The translations under genes and the position numbers were made by a program. The notes beneath the pieces were generated by a model that had not been told where the DNA came from, did not search any database, and worked only from the letters and a program-made list of their open reading frames with translations. Shown piece after piece: positions 17,374-27,382 of a DNA stretch of 43,467 bases. The first letter of the stretch is position 1. Every line of letters starts with the position of its first letter. This stretch comes from Deinococcaceae bacterium (GTDB taxonomy: Bacteria; Deinococcota; Deinococci; Deinococcales; Trueperaceae). The stretch lies in NCBI GenBank assembly GCA_040256005.1, contig JBDZWC010000003.1:24362-67828 (forward strand), written 5' to 3'.

Positions 17374-18966
17374 TTACTGGGCCTCGACGTACCAGTCGAA
17401 CGAGTGCTGGAACGCGGCGCTGGCCGTGATCTCGGGGAAGCCCTGCAGGCGGACGCTCTTGGCCGTCAGGATGTCCGGCCACCACAGGTAGAGGTAGGGG
17501 AGCTCCACCGCCAGGAGGTCCTGCATGCGGCTGTAGGCGTCGATCTGGTCCTCGAGCGTGAGCGCGGCGCGCCCCTCGTCCATGATCGCGTCGAGCTCCT
17601 CGTTGCAGTAGTTGGGGATGTTGTTGCCGGTCTCGGCGGCCGAGCACGAGAAGTAGGGCGCCACGTCGGCCGTGGGGGGCATGCTCCACCAGGCCAGCGT
17701 GAGCTCGTAGTTGCGGCCGAGGACCACGTCCTGGATGTAGGCGTTCCACTCCATGACCTGGACGTCGGTCTCGATGCCGATGTCGGCCCAGAACTGCTGC
17801 ACGAGCAGGGTGGCGGGCACCAGGTCACCGAACTGGCCGGTCGGCATGTAGAACGACAGGCGCTGCCCGTCCTTCTGCCGCACGCCGTCGGCGCCGAGGG
17901 TCCAGCCCGCCTCGTCGAGGAGCGCCGCGGCCGCCTCGGGGTCGTAGGCGTACTGCTGTACGTCGCCGTTGAAGAGCGCTCCCAGCATGGGGGCCACCGG
18001 CCCGCTGGCGACCTGCCCGTAGCCCGACAGGATGGCCTCGATCATCGCCTGCCTGTCGATGGCGAGCTCCATGGCTTGGCGCACGTTCACATCGGCCAGA
18101 CGGGGGTCGTCGTGGTTGGGAGCGACGAAGAAGAACAGGTTCTGCGACTGCCGCAGCACCTCGAGGGCGCCGGTGGACTCGATGCCGGCGACGTTCTGCG
18201 GGCTCAGCCGCGTGACGACGTCGAGCTGGCCCGCCATCGCCTCGGCGACCTGCGTGTTGAGGTCGGGGATGATGCGGAACGTCATGCCGGCGAGCTTGGG
18301 CTCTCCCGCCCAGTACAGCTCGTTCGGTACCAGGGCCACGTGCGAGCCGGGCACGAACTCACTCACCTTGTAAGGGCCCGTGGTGACCGGCGTGCCCTTG
18401 TTGAACGTGGCGACCTGTAGTGGGTTCTCGGCTTCGCCGAGCACGTGCACCGGGATGATGCCGGCGAACGACGCCAGGTAGTACGGCAGCGCGGAGAACG
18501 GTTCGTTGAGGACGAACCGGACCGCGTGGTCGTCGATGACCTCGACCCTGTCGATGGAGGAGAACTGCGACGCGCTCTGGGCTCCCAGGTCGGGGTTGAG
18601 CACGACGTCGTTGAACGTGAAAGCGACGTCGGCCGCGTCGAAGGGGTCGCCGTCGGACCAGACCACGCCTTCGCGCAGCTCGAACACCCACGACATGCCC
18701 TCGTCCTCCGCACGCCAGCTGGTGGCCAGCATCGGCGACGGCGTGAGGTCTTCAGGCGAGTAGCGGGTCAGCTGTTCGAAGAGGATCGTGTTGATCAGGT
18801 TCGACTCGATGACCGCGCCCGGTGCCCACGGGTTGAGCGTGGGATCGGCGTTGGTAGCCAGGTTGAGGACCGCTGACGTGTCTGCCTCTTGAGCGGTGCC
18901 GAACGCGGCGCAGACCGCCAAGAGCGACGCGACGAGCCAGCGGTAGGGGGTGCCTCGGACCTTCAT
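17374..18966 (-). CDS. Peptide ABC transporter substrate-binding protein (family 5)
   Basis: Signal peptide, LREGVVWSDGDPFDAADVAFT, TGPYKV, VRQAMELAIDR, YDPEAAAALLDEAGW. Confidence 0.94.
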   Translation of the reverse strand: MKVRGTPYRWLVASLLAVCAAFGTAQEADTSAVLNLATNADPTLNPWAPGAVIESNLINTILFEQLTRYSPEDLTPSPMLATSWRAEDEGMSWVFELREGVVWSDGDPFDAADVAFTFNDVVLNPDLGAQSASQFSSIDRVEVIDDHAVRFVLNEPFSALPYYLASFAGIIPVHVLGEAENPLQVATFNKGTPVTTGPYKVSEFVPGSHVALVPNELYWAGEPKLAGMTFRIIPDLNTQVAEAMAGQLDVVTRLSPQNVAGIESTGALEVLRQSQNLFFFVAPNHDDPRLADVNVRQAMELAIDRQAMIEAILSGYGQVASGPVAPMLGALFNGDVQQYAYDPEAAAALLDEAGWTLGADGVRQKDGQRLSFYMPTGQFGDLVPATLLVQQFWADIGIETDVQVMEWNAYIQDVVLGRNYELTLAWWSMPPTADVAPYFSCSAAETGNNIPNYCNEELDAIMDEGRAALTLEDQIDAYSRMQDLLAVELPYLYLWWPDILTAKSVRLQGFPEITASAAFQHSFDWYVEAQ

Positions 18967-18976
18967 GCCAGACCTC

Positions 18977-19816
18977 CTAGAGCTTTCCCGCTAACGCGAG
19001 CCGCTCGCTGATGTCGGCAGCGGCTGCGCGAACGAGCTGGGCGAACCTCGCGAGGACCTCGTGGTCGACCCTGTACGACGGCCCGCCAACGCTGATGCCG
19101 CCGACGACCTCGCCGTCCTCGCCGAAGATGGCCGCGCCCACCCCACGCGCTGCCGAGTCGAAGTCTTCATCGGAGACCGCGTACCCCAACCTCTTGATCT
19201 CCTCGAGGAGACCTGAGAGACGCTCGCGGTCGGTGATCGTCATTTCGGTGTACTGGGGAAGCGTGCTCAGAGTGGCCAGCACGGCATCGCGCTCGCCCTC
19301 GGAAAGGTTCGCGAGTATGGCCTTGGGCACGGCGCCGGCGTGCAGCGGGAACGAACGCCCCAGCACCGACACGAGCCTGACGCTCTGTGTGCTGTCGCGC
19401 TTGTCGACGCACAGCGCCCTGTCGCCGAGACGCATGAAGAGGTGCACCGTCTCCTGGGTCTCCACGCTGAGGCGGTCCATGAACGGGCTGGCGACCTCCA
19501 TGAGCGAGGCGCCCATGCTGCGCGTGGCCGCCAAGGTCAGCTCCAGCGCGCCCGGGCCCAGGGCGAAACGGGTGTCGTCCGTCGCCACGATGAAACCGGC
19601 TGCCTCCAGCGTCTTGAGCGACCTGTACGCTTGGTTCTTCTCCAGTCGCAAACGCGCCATCACCTCGGCGAGGCCAAGACGGTGTGGCGGCTCCGCGAAC
19701 GCTCGCAGCACCTGGAGGGTCCGCAGCGCCGACGAGATGACGTACTGACCGCCGTCGCGGGTTCCCGGTACCTCAGGGGATTGTTCTACGTCTCGGATGG
19801 CGACCGTGTCTCGCAT
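18977..19816 (-). CDS. IclR-family transcriptional regulator
   Basis: SALRTLQVL HTH region, PLHAGAVPKAILA, GYAVSDED, GGISVGGP. Confidence 0.92.
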   Translation of the reverse strand: MRDTVAIRDVEQSPEVPGTRDGGQYVISSALRTLQVLRAFAEPPHRLGLAEVMARLRLEKNQAYRSLKTLEAAGFIVATDDTRFALGPGALELTLAATRSMGASLMEVASPFMDRLSVETQETVHLFMRLGDRALCVDKRDSTQSVRLVSVLGRSFPLHAGAVPKAILANLSEGERDAVLATLSTLPQYTEMTITDRERLSGLLEEIKRLGYAVSDEDFDSAARGVGAAIFGEDGEVVGGISVGGPSYRVDHEVLARFAQLVRAAAADISERLALAGKL

Positions 19817-19861
19817 AGCGATATGAGGCGACACTCTATGCCTGTGTATCGCCCGTGTCAA
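19808..19861 (-). promoter_or_regulatory. Sigma70 promoter and putative IclR operator
   Basis: TTGACA(19861-19856)-17-TAGAGT(19838-19833), followed by the imperfect palindrome ATATCGC-TAT-GCGAGAC overlapping the ATG. Confidence 0.7.
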
Positions 19862-20013
19862 TGCGTGCGGGGCGCGCTGGGTCCGTATGTTAACGGCACC
19901 CGTCGATCAAGCCGGTCCGTATCGCGGGTCGGGGCCACAGCCGGTTGCGGCCACCGGCGTGTTGGAGCCGGCAGAGAGTGGAGCACCGTATGGGTACCAC
20001 CGTAGGAGGCGGC

Positions 20014-20472
20014 GTGAAAATACGCGCGGGTGAGGATCGCTTCGAGCGCGAACGGAAGGTGTTCGGCGTGATGCCGTTCTCCGTAAAGGTCTCGGCATCC
20101 GATACGGGAGGTCACCTCCTCGTGATCGAGCAGCACAACGCTTACCCAGGCGGGCCGCCTCGGCACGTCCACCACGATCAGGAAGAGTGGTTCTACGCAG
20201 TAGAGGGGCGGTACGTCGTAGAGGTTGCCGGCGTCGAGCATGAGTTGGGTCCCGGCGACTCCGTGCTCGCCCCCCGCGGGGTTGCGCACACCTGGGCGTT
20301 GGTGGGCGAGGAGAAGGGGCGCCTCCTGATCGCATTCCAGCCGGCCGGGACCATGGAGACGTTCTTCGACGAGGCGTGCGACCTGAACGGTATGCCATCC
20401 CCTGAGGCGTTGGCTCCGTTGTTCGAGGTGCACGGTATGAAAGTGGTCGGGCCGCCGTTGCGCCGGGTCTAG
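20014..20472 (+). CDS. Cupin-domain protein
   Basis: PPRHVHHDQEEWFY and PRGVAH cupin motifs; AGGAGG before GTG 20014. Confidence 0.9.
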   Translation: MKIRAGEDRFERERKVFGVMPFSVKVSASDTGGHLLVIEQHNAYPGGPPRHVHHDQEEWFYAVEGRYVVEVAGVEHELGPGDSVLAPRGVAHTWALVGEEKGRLLIAFQPAGTMETFFDEACDLNGMPSPEALAPLFEVHGMKVVGPPLRRV

Positions 20473-20541
20473 CTAGGCGTACTGCCATGGCAGCCGAGTG
20501 ATCGCTCGGGGAGAACGCAAGGTCGGGCGAAACGAGGGCCG

Positions 20542-21141
20542 CTACTCGACCACCACGCCGATAGCGGCCAACAGGCCCAGCGCCTCCGGCAGGGAGACCC
20601 GCATGCCCCTCAGGTTGTTGTCGAGCGGCGAGATCACGTAACCGCGCGCGCCGCGCAAGTCCGCCTCGGCCAGGTCGTTACGTTGGAACGTGCACCGTGT
20701 GAGGTCGGCGTTCGCGAAGGACACACCCTTGAGCTCGCACCTCACGAGCTCCGCCTCGTTGAAGCGACATCCCTCGAAGCTCCAGGTCGTAAGGTCCATG
20801 TCTCGGAAGCTGGTGAAGCTCAGGTCGCAATCGTTCAGCTTGGCTTCGGGGACGATCGGCAGGCGGCGCACTGCCCCGAAGTTCACCCCGGTAAGGCGGC
20901 AGGTGTCGAACTCCACGGTCTGAAGTACCGCGTCGGTGAGGTCGGCCATCGCGAGCTCACAGTTCTCGAAACGGCAGTCCACGAACTGCGAACCGTTGAA
21001 CGAGGCCTCGGTCAGGTCGCAGTCGACGAACCGGCAATCGATGAGGATGGCGCCCGCGAACGCCACATCGCCCGCGCCGAGAGCCTCGAAGACCTCGCCG
21101 GTGAAGCGCGGCGGCTCACCCTCATCCGTTCGCTTGCTCAC
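20542..21141 (-). CDS. Pentapeptide-repeat protein
   Basis: Repeated xxFxx/xDLxx pentamers; TAACCT -10 box 6 nt before the GTG. Confidence 0.92.
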   Translation of the reverse strand: MSKRTDEGEPPRFTGEVFEALGAGDVAFAGAILIDCRFVDCDLTEASFNGSQFVDCRFENCELAMADLTDAVLQTVEFDTCRLTGVNFGAVRRLPIVPEAKLNDCDLSFTSFRDMDLTTWSFEGCRFNEAELVRCELKGVSFANADLTRCTFQRNDLAEADLRGARGYVISPLDNNLRGMRVSLPEALGLLAAIGVVVE

Positions 21142-21248
21142 CGCGGCAGGTTACGACCCTCGCCGGGGTCCGGCAAGCCGAGTGTCGGCCCGAACCGGAG
21201 CCGACGAGGGGGGCGGTGCCGAGCGGAGAGAATGTCAGCGGGAAGGCG

Positions 21249-23450
21249 GTGGATGCCTTGAGCGAGGACCGTCATGGAGAGCACCACGTCCATGGCCACG
21301 AAGATGGTCACGACCACGGTACGGGCCGCCTCGATGGACATGCGCACCATCACCATGGGGAGCACGGCGACCACGCTCACCACGACCAACGGGAGCACGA
21401 CGCCAACGTGGACCCTGGCCGCGCCGAGCACTCACACCACGCCCACGGCCACGACGCTCCCGCTCACGACGCCCACGCCCACCACGACCCGGAGGTCTTC
21501 AGGCGCCGCTTCTGGCTGAGCCTCCTGCTCACGCTTCCCGTCCTCTTCTTCAGCGAGCAGATCCAGACCTGGTTCGGTTACCGGGCGCCCAGCTTCACGG
21601 GAGCGGACCTGGTCAACCCAGTACTGGGGACCGTGCTCTTCCTCTACGGCGGGTTCGTGTTCCTAGATGGGGCGCGGCACGAGCTGGCCGCCAGGCGTCC
21701 CGGGATGATGACGCTGATCAGCCTGGCCATCACCGTCGCGTACGCCTACAGCATGGCGGTAGTGTTCGGCGCCCCGGGCATGCCGTTCTTCTGGGAGCTG
21801 GCGACGCTCATCACGATCATGCTGCTGGGACACTGGCTCGAGATGGCCAGCGTGTCGGGGGCGTCCAGGGCGCTCGAGGAGCTGACCAAGCTGCTGCCCA
21901 CCGTCGCACACAGGCTGGCGGCTGATGGGCGGATCGAGGACATCGCGCTCGCCGACATCGCGGTAGGCGACCGCCTACTCGTCAGGCCCGGCGAGCAGCT
22001 GCCGGCCGACGGCTTGGTGATCGACGGAGCGAGCAGCGTCAACGAGTCGTTCCTGACCGGAGAGTCGCGGCCGGTGGGCAAAGTACATGGCGACGAGGTC
22101 GTAGCCGCCAGCGTCAACGGCGAGGGGGCGCTCACCGTCGAGGTCACGAGGGTCGGTGCCGACACCACCCTCAGCCAAGTGCAGCGGCTGGTTGAAGAGG
22201 CCCAGTCGTCCCGCGGCCGCTTCCAGGTCCTGGCGGACCGAGCCGCCGGCTGGCTCTTCTACATCGCTCTCGGGGCGGGTGCCATCACGTTCGTCGCGTG
22301 GTTGGCGATCTCGCCGGGCGCCCAAGAGGCAGTGACCCGGGCCGTGACCGTCCTAGTGATCGCCTGCCCCCACGCGCTCGGCCTGGCGATCCCGCTCGTG
22401 CTGGTGAACGCGACGGCCATCAGCGCCCGGAGCGGCATCCTGGTGCGCAACCGGGAGGCGTTCGAGCGTGCGCGGGACATCGCCGTCGTGGCGTTCGACA
22501 AGACCGGCACCCTCACCGAGGGGCGCTTCGGCGTCAGGGAGGTCTACGCCGAACGGTCGTCTCCCGAAGAGGTCCTGGACGTGGCGGCCTCGCTGGAAGC
22601 TCGCAGCGAGCACCCGCTGGCAGCGGCGATCCTCGAGGAAGCCGAGGCGAAGGGCGTGGGACGGCGGCCCGTGGAAGGCTTCCAGGTCGTGGCCGGGCAG
22701 GGCGTACTCGGCGCCGTCGAGGGAGCTCGTTACCGGATCGGTAGGCCCGAGTGGGCGGCCGAGGCCGGTGTGGCCATGAGTGACGGCGCGAGGCGTGCTC
22801 TCGAGGAGGCCGAGGCACGGGGCGAGAGCGTGATCGTGCTGATGGACGAGCACGACGTGCTGGGGCTCTTCGCGCTGGCGGACAGGGTAAGGCCACGGGC
22901 GGTCGAGGCCATCGATGCACTGACGATGATGGGGATCACGCCCGTGATGATCACCGGCGACTCCGAGGCCGTGGCCAGGACGGTGGCGGCAGAGTTGGGC
23001 ATCGACCATGTTCATGCCCGCGTGTTGCCTGGCGAGAAGGCCGAGCACGTCAAAGGCCTCAGGAAGATCGGCCCGGTGGCGTTCGTCGGCGACGGGATCA
23101 ACGACGCGCCCGCCCTGCTGGTCGCAGACCTGGGCATCGCGATCGGGGCAGGCACGAACGTGGCCATCGAGAGCGCCGACGTCGTGCTGGTCGAGGACGA
23201 CCCGTTCGACGTGGTCACGGCGCTGCGGCTCTCTCAGGCTACCTACCGCAAGATGCGCCAGAACCTCTTCTGGGCGACCGGCTACAACGCCGTAGCGATC
23301 CCCCTCGCCGCCGGCGTGCTCTCGTTCGCCGGGTTCGTGCTGTCGCCGGCCGTCGGCGCCCTGCTGATGAGCCTCTCGACCGTGGTGGTGGCCTTCAACG
23401 CCATGACCCTCAGAGGCTCGCCCGCAGCACCTCCTCGACCATCGGCGTGA
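21249..23450 (+). CDS. copB: Copper-translocating P1B-3-type ATPase with His-rich N-terminus
   Basis: His-rich leader, TGES, CPH in the TM motif ([10 protein letters not shown]), DKTGT, HP, GDGIND, YN and MSLST. Start approximate. Confidence 0.93.
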   Translation: MDALSEDRHGEHHVHGHEDGHDHGTGRLDGHAHHHHGEHGDHAHHDQREHDANVDPGRAEHSHHAHGHDAPAHDAHAHHDPEVFRRRFWLSLLLTLPVLFFSEQIQTWFGYRAPSFTGADLVNPVLGTVLFLYGGFVFLDGARHELAARRPGMMTLISLAITVAYAYSMAVVFGAPGMPFFWELATLITIMLLGHWLEMASVSGASRALEELTKLLPTVAHRLAADGRIEDIALADIAVGDRLLVRPGEQLPADGLVIDGASSVNESFLTGESRPVGKVHGDEVVAASVNGEGALTVEVTRVGADTTLSQVQRLVEEAQSSRGRFQVLADRAAGWLFYIALGAGAITFVAWLAISPGAQEAVTRAVTVLVIACPHALGLAIPLVLVNATAISARSGILVRNREAFERARDIAVVAFDKTGTLTEGRFGVREVYAERSSPEEVLDVAASLEARSEHPLAAAILEEAEAKGVGRRPVEGFQVVAGQGVLGAVEGARYRIGRPEWAAEAGVAMSDGARRALEEAEARGESVIVLMDEHDVLGLFALADRVRPRAVEAIDALTMMGITPVMITGDSEAVARTVAAELGIDHVHARVLPGEKAEHVKGLRKIGPVAFVGDGINDAPALLVADLGIAIGAGTNVAIESADVVLVEDDPFDVVTALRLSQATYRKMRQNLFWATGYNAVAIPLAAGVLSFAGFVLSPAVGALLMSLSTVVVAFNAMTLRGSPAAPPRPSA

Positions 23451-23913
23451 GGTCAACGGCCGGGTCGGCATACACGATCACGCCGTACCCGCCCGGTCCA
23501 GACCTGAGCGAGTCGAAGACGATCCCGATGTTGAGTGACTTGGCCACCTCGGCGATCGCGGCGTCCACGGCCTTGATGGCCGGCTCCTGGAGCGCCTTGA
23601 GCTCGTTGTCGTAGCGGGTCTGCAGCGTCTGCAACGTGGTGATGCTCACCTGCAGCAGCTCCTGCTCCTGCTCCGTGAGGGGCGTGCCGGCCTGTTGCTT
23701 CTGCTGCAGCTCCTGTACGCGGGCGGCCACCTGGCTGATCTCGGAGTTGGCCATCTCCCGCGTCTCCAGGATCTGCTGGTAGGCGGGGTGAAGGGATATG
23801 AGGTACTGGCTGTCCACGTAGCCGATGCCCATCGTCGGGGCTTGGGCGGCGGCGATGGTCAGCAGCGATGTCACGGCGAGCGCGAGCGCGAGCTTGGCGA
23901 GGCTTGGTTTCAT
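23410..23913 (-). CDS. ompH: OmpH/Skp-family periplasmic chaperone
   Basis: Signal peptide, IGYVD, coiled coil, AIAEVAK ... IVFD ... [10 protein letters not shown]. Confidence 0.88.
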   Translation of the reverse strand: MKPSLAKLALALAVTSLLTIAAAQAPTMGIGYVDSQYLISLHPAYQQILETREMANSEISQVAARVQELQQKQQAGTPLTEQEQELLQVSITTLQTLQTRYDNELKALQEPAIKAVDAAIAEVAKSLNIGIVFDSLRSGPGGYGVIVYADPAVDLTPMVEEVLRASL

Positions 23914-24093
23914 GCCGCCAAGTATCGCCCGCGTGGCCAGGTGCGCCTCTGGGTTCAGGTGCCCTCGACATTCACCTCGCGTTGACTCTCAGCCAACCAT
24001 CCAAAGAAGAGCCGGCCCATGCAGTTGTAAAGGCCGCTCGATGCCGTCAAGCTGTGCGAAGCGTCCCTCCTCGGATCTTGATCGTCACCCAAG

Positions 24094-24122
24094 TTGACAG
24101 ACGGAGTACGTGTATCTACACT
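24094..24122 (+). promoter_or_regulatory. Near-consensus sigma70 promoter of the DUF899 pair
   Basis: TTGACA(24094-24099)-17-TACACT(24117-24122). Confidence 0.78.
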
Positions 24123-24154
24123 GTTCCGACTCCAAGGGGACCGAAGGGGTAGAG

Positions 24155-24892
24155 ATGACCGAAAGTAGCGCTATCGCCGGCCGTCCGCTTCCGCCGGTCG
24201 TGGACCGGGCCGAGTGGGAAAGGGCCCGAGCGGAGCTGTTGGAGGAGGAGAAGGCGCACATGCGGCACGGGGACATGCTGGCCGCCAAGCGGCGGGCGCT
24301 ACCCATGCTGCGCGTGGAGAAGGACTACGCCCTCGAGGGCCCGGACGGGCCGCGGTCGCTGGTGGACATCTTCGAGGGGCGCAACCAGCTGATCGTCTAC
24401 CACTTCATGTTCCACCCGGAATGGAACGCCGGCTGCGACGGCTGTTCCTGGTTCACCGACGGGGTGGCCAACGTCGCGCACATCAACGCTCGTGACGTCT
24501 CGTTCGCGCTCGTCTCCCGGGCGAAGTTCGGGAAGCTCGAGACATACAGGCGGCGCATGGGTTGGAACCTCTCCTGGTACTCATCGTTCGACACGACGTT
24601 CAACCAGGACTTCGGCGCCACGGTGGGCGATAGGGAGCATCACCTGCTCTCGGTCTTCCTGCGCGACGGCCATGACATCTTCCTGACGTACCAGACGGGC
24701 GAACGGGGCACCGAGAACCTGGGCACGACGTTCAGCCTGCTCGACCTCGTGCCATACGGACGGCAGGAGCGGTGGCAAGTAGCCCCGGAGGGCTGGCCGC
24801 AAGGCGACCCCTACGTGTGGTGGAGGCGTCACGACGAGTACGAGGGCAGCGTTCCCGCACCGTCAGCCATGCATGGAGGCAGATCCAGTTGA
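24155..24892 (+). CDS. DUF899-family thioredoxin-like protein (copy 1)
   Basis: LPPVVDRAEW, RRALPM, FEGRNQLIVYHFMF, CDGCS, RMGW, PYGRQE, RRHDEY. Confidence 0.9.
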   Translation: MTESSAIAGRPLPPVVDRAEWERARAELLEEEKAHMRHGDMLAAKRRALPMLRVEKDYALEGPDGPRSLVDIFEGRNQLIVYHFMFHPEWNAGCDGCSWFTDGVANVAHINARDVSFALVSRAKFGKLETYRRRMGWNLSWYSSFDTTFNQDFGATVGDREHHLLSVFLRDGHDIFLTYQTGERGTENLGTTFSLLDLVPYGRQERWQVAPEGWPQGDPYVWWRRHDEYEGSVPAPSAMHGGRSS

Positions 24893-25611
24893 GTAGAGCG
24901 ACGCTGACCGCACGTCCGCTGCCGCCCGTCGCCTCGCGAGACGAGTGGGAAGCCGCCAGGGAAGAGCTGCTCGCCGCAGAGAGGGAGGTCCTGGCCAGGG
25001 TCAGGGAGATGGCCGCCAGAAGGAAGGCGCTGCCCATGACCCGGATCGAGGAGGACTATTCCTTCGAGGGGCCCGCTGGACCCGTGAAGCTAAGCGACCT
25101 CTTCGAGGGTCGAAGCCAGCTGATCGTCTACCACTTCATGTTCCATCCGGACTGGCAGGACGGCTGCGAGGGCTGCTCGATGTACGTGGACGGCGTGCCC
25201 CACCTGGCCCACCTCCACGCGCGCGACGCCAGCTTCGCGTTGGTATCGCGGGCGCCGATCGAGACGCTCCTCGCCTACAGGCGCCGCATGGGCTGGGACT
25301 TCCCGTGGTACTCCTCCGCAGGCTCCAGCTTCAACCGGCACTTCGAGGCCACGGTAGGCGACAGCGAGCACCCGGGGCTGTCCGTCTTCATGAGAGACGG
25401 CGACGACGTCTACCTGACCTACCGCGGTCACGATTGGGTGGTCCAGGCCGACGGCGTAGCCAACTTCATCGACCTCCTGCCCTACGGGAGCCAAGAGCAC
25501 GGCGAGGTCGTGCCTGAGGGTTGGCCGCAAGGCGACAAGTACACGTGGATGCGGCGCCATGATGAGTACCACACGGGACTACCTGCGCCTTCCACGCTAC
25601 TTGACGGCTGA
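24889..25611 (+). CDS. DUF899-family thioredoxin-like protein (copy 2)
   Basis: Same motifs (CEGCS); TTG start overlaps the TGA of copy 1 and follows GGAGG. Confidence 0.9.
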   Translation: MSRATLTARPLPPVASRDEWEAAREELLAAEREVLARVREMAARRKALPMTRIEEDYSFEGPAGPVKLSDLFEGRSQLIVYHFMFHPDWQDGCEGCSMYVDGVPHLAHLHARDASFALVSRAPIETLLAYRRRMGWDFPWYSSAGSSFNRHFEATVGDSEHPGLSVFMRDGDDVYLTYRGHDWVVQADGVANFIDLLPYGSQEHGEVVPEGWPQGDKYTWMRRHDEYHTGLPAPSTLLDG

Positions 25612-25645
25612 GCCAGGCCGTGCGCCGGTGCGCTAGGTTGGGAAC

Positions 25646-25942
25646 GTGAAGCACTACCTGCTCCTCTATCACCTGGTGGACGACTACCTTCAACGTCGTC
25701 CCGAGTTCAGGGGCGCGCACCTGGCGTTGGCCAAGGAGGCGGTGGCCCGCGGCGAGATCGTCCTGGCCGGTGCCCTGAGCGACCCGCCGGACATGGCTGT
25801 GCTCCTCTTCCGAGGTGATTCGCCGGCCGCGGCGCAGGCGTTCGCGCACGCGGACCCCTACGTCCGCAACGGCCTGGTCGAGCGCTGGGAGGTTCGGGAG
25901 TGGACGACCGTGGTCGGCGAAGGAGCCGCTCACCCGGCATGA
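25646..25942 (+). CDS. YciI-like protein
   Basis: RRPEFRGAHL, LAGAL, DPYVRNGLV; TAGGTT -10 box 6 nt before the GTG. Confidence 0.9.
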   Translation: MKHYLLLYHLVDDYLQRRPEFRGAHLALAKEAVARGEIVLAGALSDPPDMAVLLFRGDSPAAAQAFAHADPYVRNGLVERWEVREWTTVVGEGAAHPA

Positions 25943-25951
25943 CGGCGAGGT

Positions 25952-27298
25952 CTACCTCGGCGCCACGAACGCGAGCCACAACGTGCCCACCATCAGCGTC
26001 ACGAGCGTGACGGGGACCCCCACTCTCAGGTAGTCCCAGAAGCTCAGCTCCACCTTGAGACGCCTGGCCCCCTCGGCGACGATCAGGTTGGCGATCGACG
26101 CGACGAGGGTAAGGTTCCCGGCCAGCGTGCTGGCCATCGCCAGGGTCAAGGCCAACGTCTGCTTGCCGACACCCGGGGCTGCCGTCAACAGCGCTGTACC
26201 GCCCGCCTCGAGCCCTGTCGCCGGCAACAACATGAGGACGGCCGGGACGTTGCTCACCACCGTGGACAGCGCCGCCGTCACCAGGCCGGTGAAGCCCACG
26301 ACCTCGAGGTCCGAGCCGGACGTCGGCAGCCAGGACAGCAGCCAGCGTTGTGGCACGCCGGTGTCAGCCATCACGCCGACGACGACGAACAGCGCGGCGA
26401 AGAGGACCAGCAGGGCGTAGTCGACGCGCCGCAACAGGTTGCCGGAGGCCCTGCCGCGTCCGAGCAGCACTACCGTCCCAGCGGCGACAGCGGCCAGCGC
26501 CACAGGGGCGCCGAGCACGAAAGCGAGGAGCATGCCCACGGCCGCGGAGCCTGCGAGGAAGAGCGGGCCGGGGCGCACCAGCGGCAGTTCGACCTCGGGC
26601 CGTCGCGCCGGTTCTCTGCGGGCGCCCGATAGCTGTGTCCTGAAGGCCAGCGCGACGACCCCGAACACCACGGCCAGCGACAGGAGCGCCACAGGCACCA
26701 GGCGCAGCGCGAACGCACCGTAGCCGATGTCGGCGGCGACGGCGACCAGCACGTTCTGAGGGTTACCGGTCACGGTCGCCACGCTGCCGGCGTTCACCGC
26801 CAGCGCCAGGCCGAGCAGGTATGGCAGGGGCGGCAGGTCGAGGCGGCGCGCCGACCGGATCACGAGCGGCGTGAGCATCAGGGCCACCGTGTCGTTCAAG
26901 AACAGGGCCGAGAGCGTCCCGCTGACGAACACCAGGCCCGCGAGCAGCCTGCGCGGCCCGATGGTGCCGCGTGCGACGAGGCCGGCGAGCAGGCGGAACG
27001 CGCCGGCTTCCGTCAGCGCGGCGTTCACGACCATCAAGCCGAACAGGAGGACCAGCACCTCACCGTCCACGTGGCGCAACGCGGACGATAGGTCCGTCGC
27101 TCCGGCCACCACCAGGGCTACTGCCCCCGCCAGAGCTAGGACGGCTCGGCTGAGGTCCACGCCGGGAACCCGGCCGAACGCAACCGCCAGCAGGGTCAGC
27201 AGGCCTATCGCGAGGGCGAGGGTTTCAGGAGGTATCGGGGACGTAGCACAGAGGATGGCACGCTGGCGCGAAGGGGCGCCACGTCCAGGTCGCCACAT
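25952..27298 (-). CDS. ArsB/NhaD/CitMHS-superfamily anion permease
   Basis: SALFLND, GSVATVTGNPQN, VSNVPAV, STLAGNLTLVASIAN. Start uncertain: the first TM segment begins near 27230 and the nearest in-frame ATG is 27298. Confidence 0.88.
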   Translation of the reverse strand: MWRPGRGAPSRQRAILCATSPIPPETLALAIGLLTLLAVAFGRVPGVDLSRAVLALAGAVALVVAGATDLSSALRHVDGEVLVLLFGLMVVNAALTEAGAFRLLAGLVARGTIGPRRLLAGLVFVSGTLSALFLNDTVALMLTPLVIRSARRLDLPPLPYLLGLALAVNAGSVATVTGNPQNVLVAVAADIGYGAFALRLVPVALLSLAVVFGVVALAFRTQLSGARREPARRPEVELPLVRPGPLFLAGSAAVGMLLAFVLGAPVALAAVAAGTVVLLGRGRASGNLLRRVDYALLVLFAALFVVVGVMADTGVPQRWLLSWLPTSGSDLEVVGFTGLVTAALSTVVSNVPAVLMLLPATGLEAGGTALLTAAPGVGKQTLALTLAMASTLAGNLTLVASIANLIVAEGARRLKVELSFWDYLRVGVPVTLVTLMVGTLWLAFVAPR

Positions 27299-27382
27299 CG
27301 GATGCTCACAGCACGCTCCCATCCTTGGGCAACACGCATCCAGCGGGGTAGGTTGCCCCGCCCACGGACCGGGAGGGAGCCA

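Noticed and set aside
21270..21490. CAC/GAC-rich repeats as a possible array
   Set aside because: They encode the His-rich metal-binding leader of CopB and have no repeat-spacer structure.
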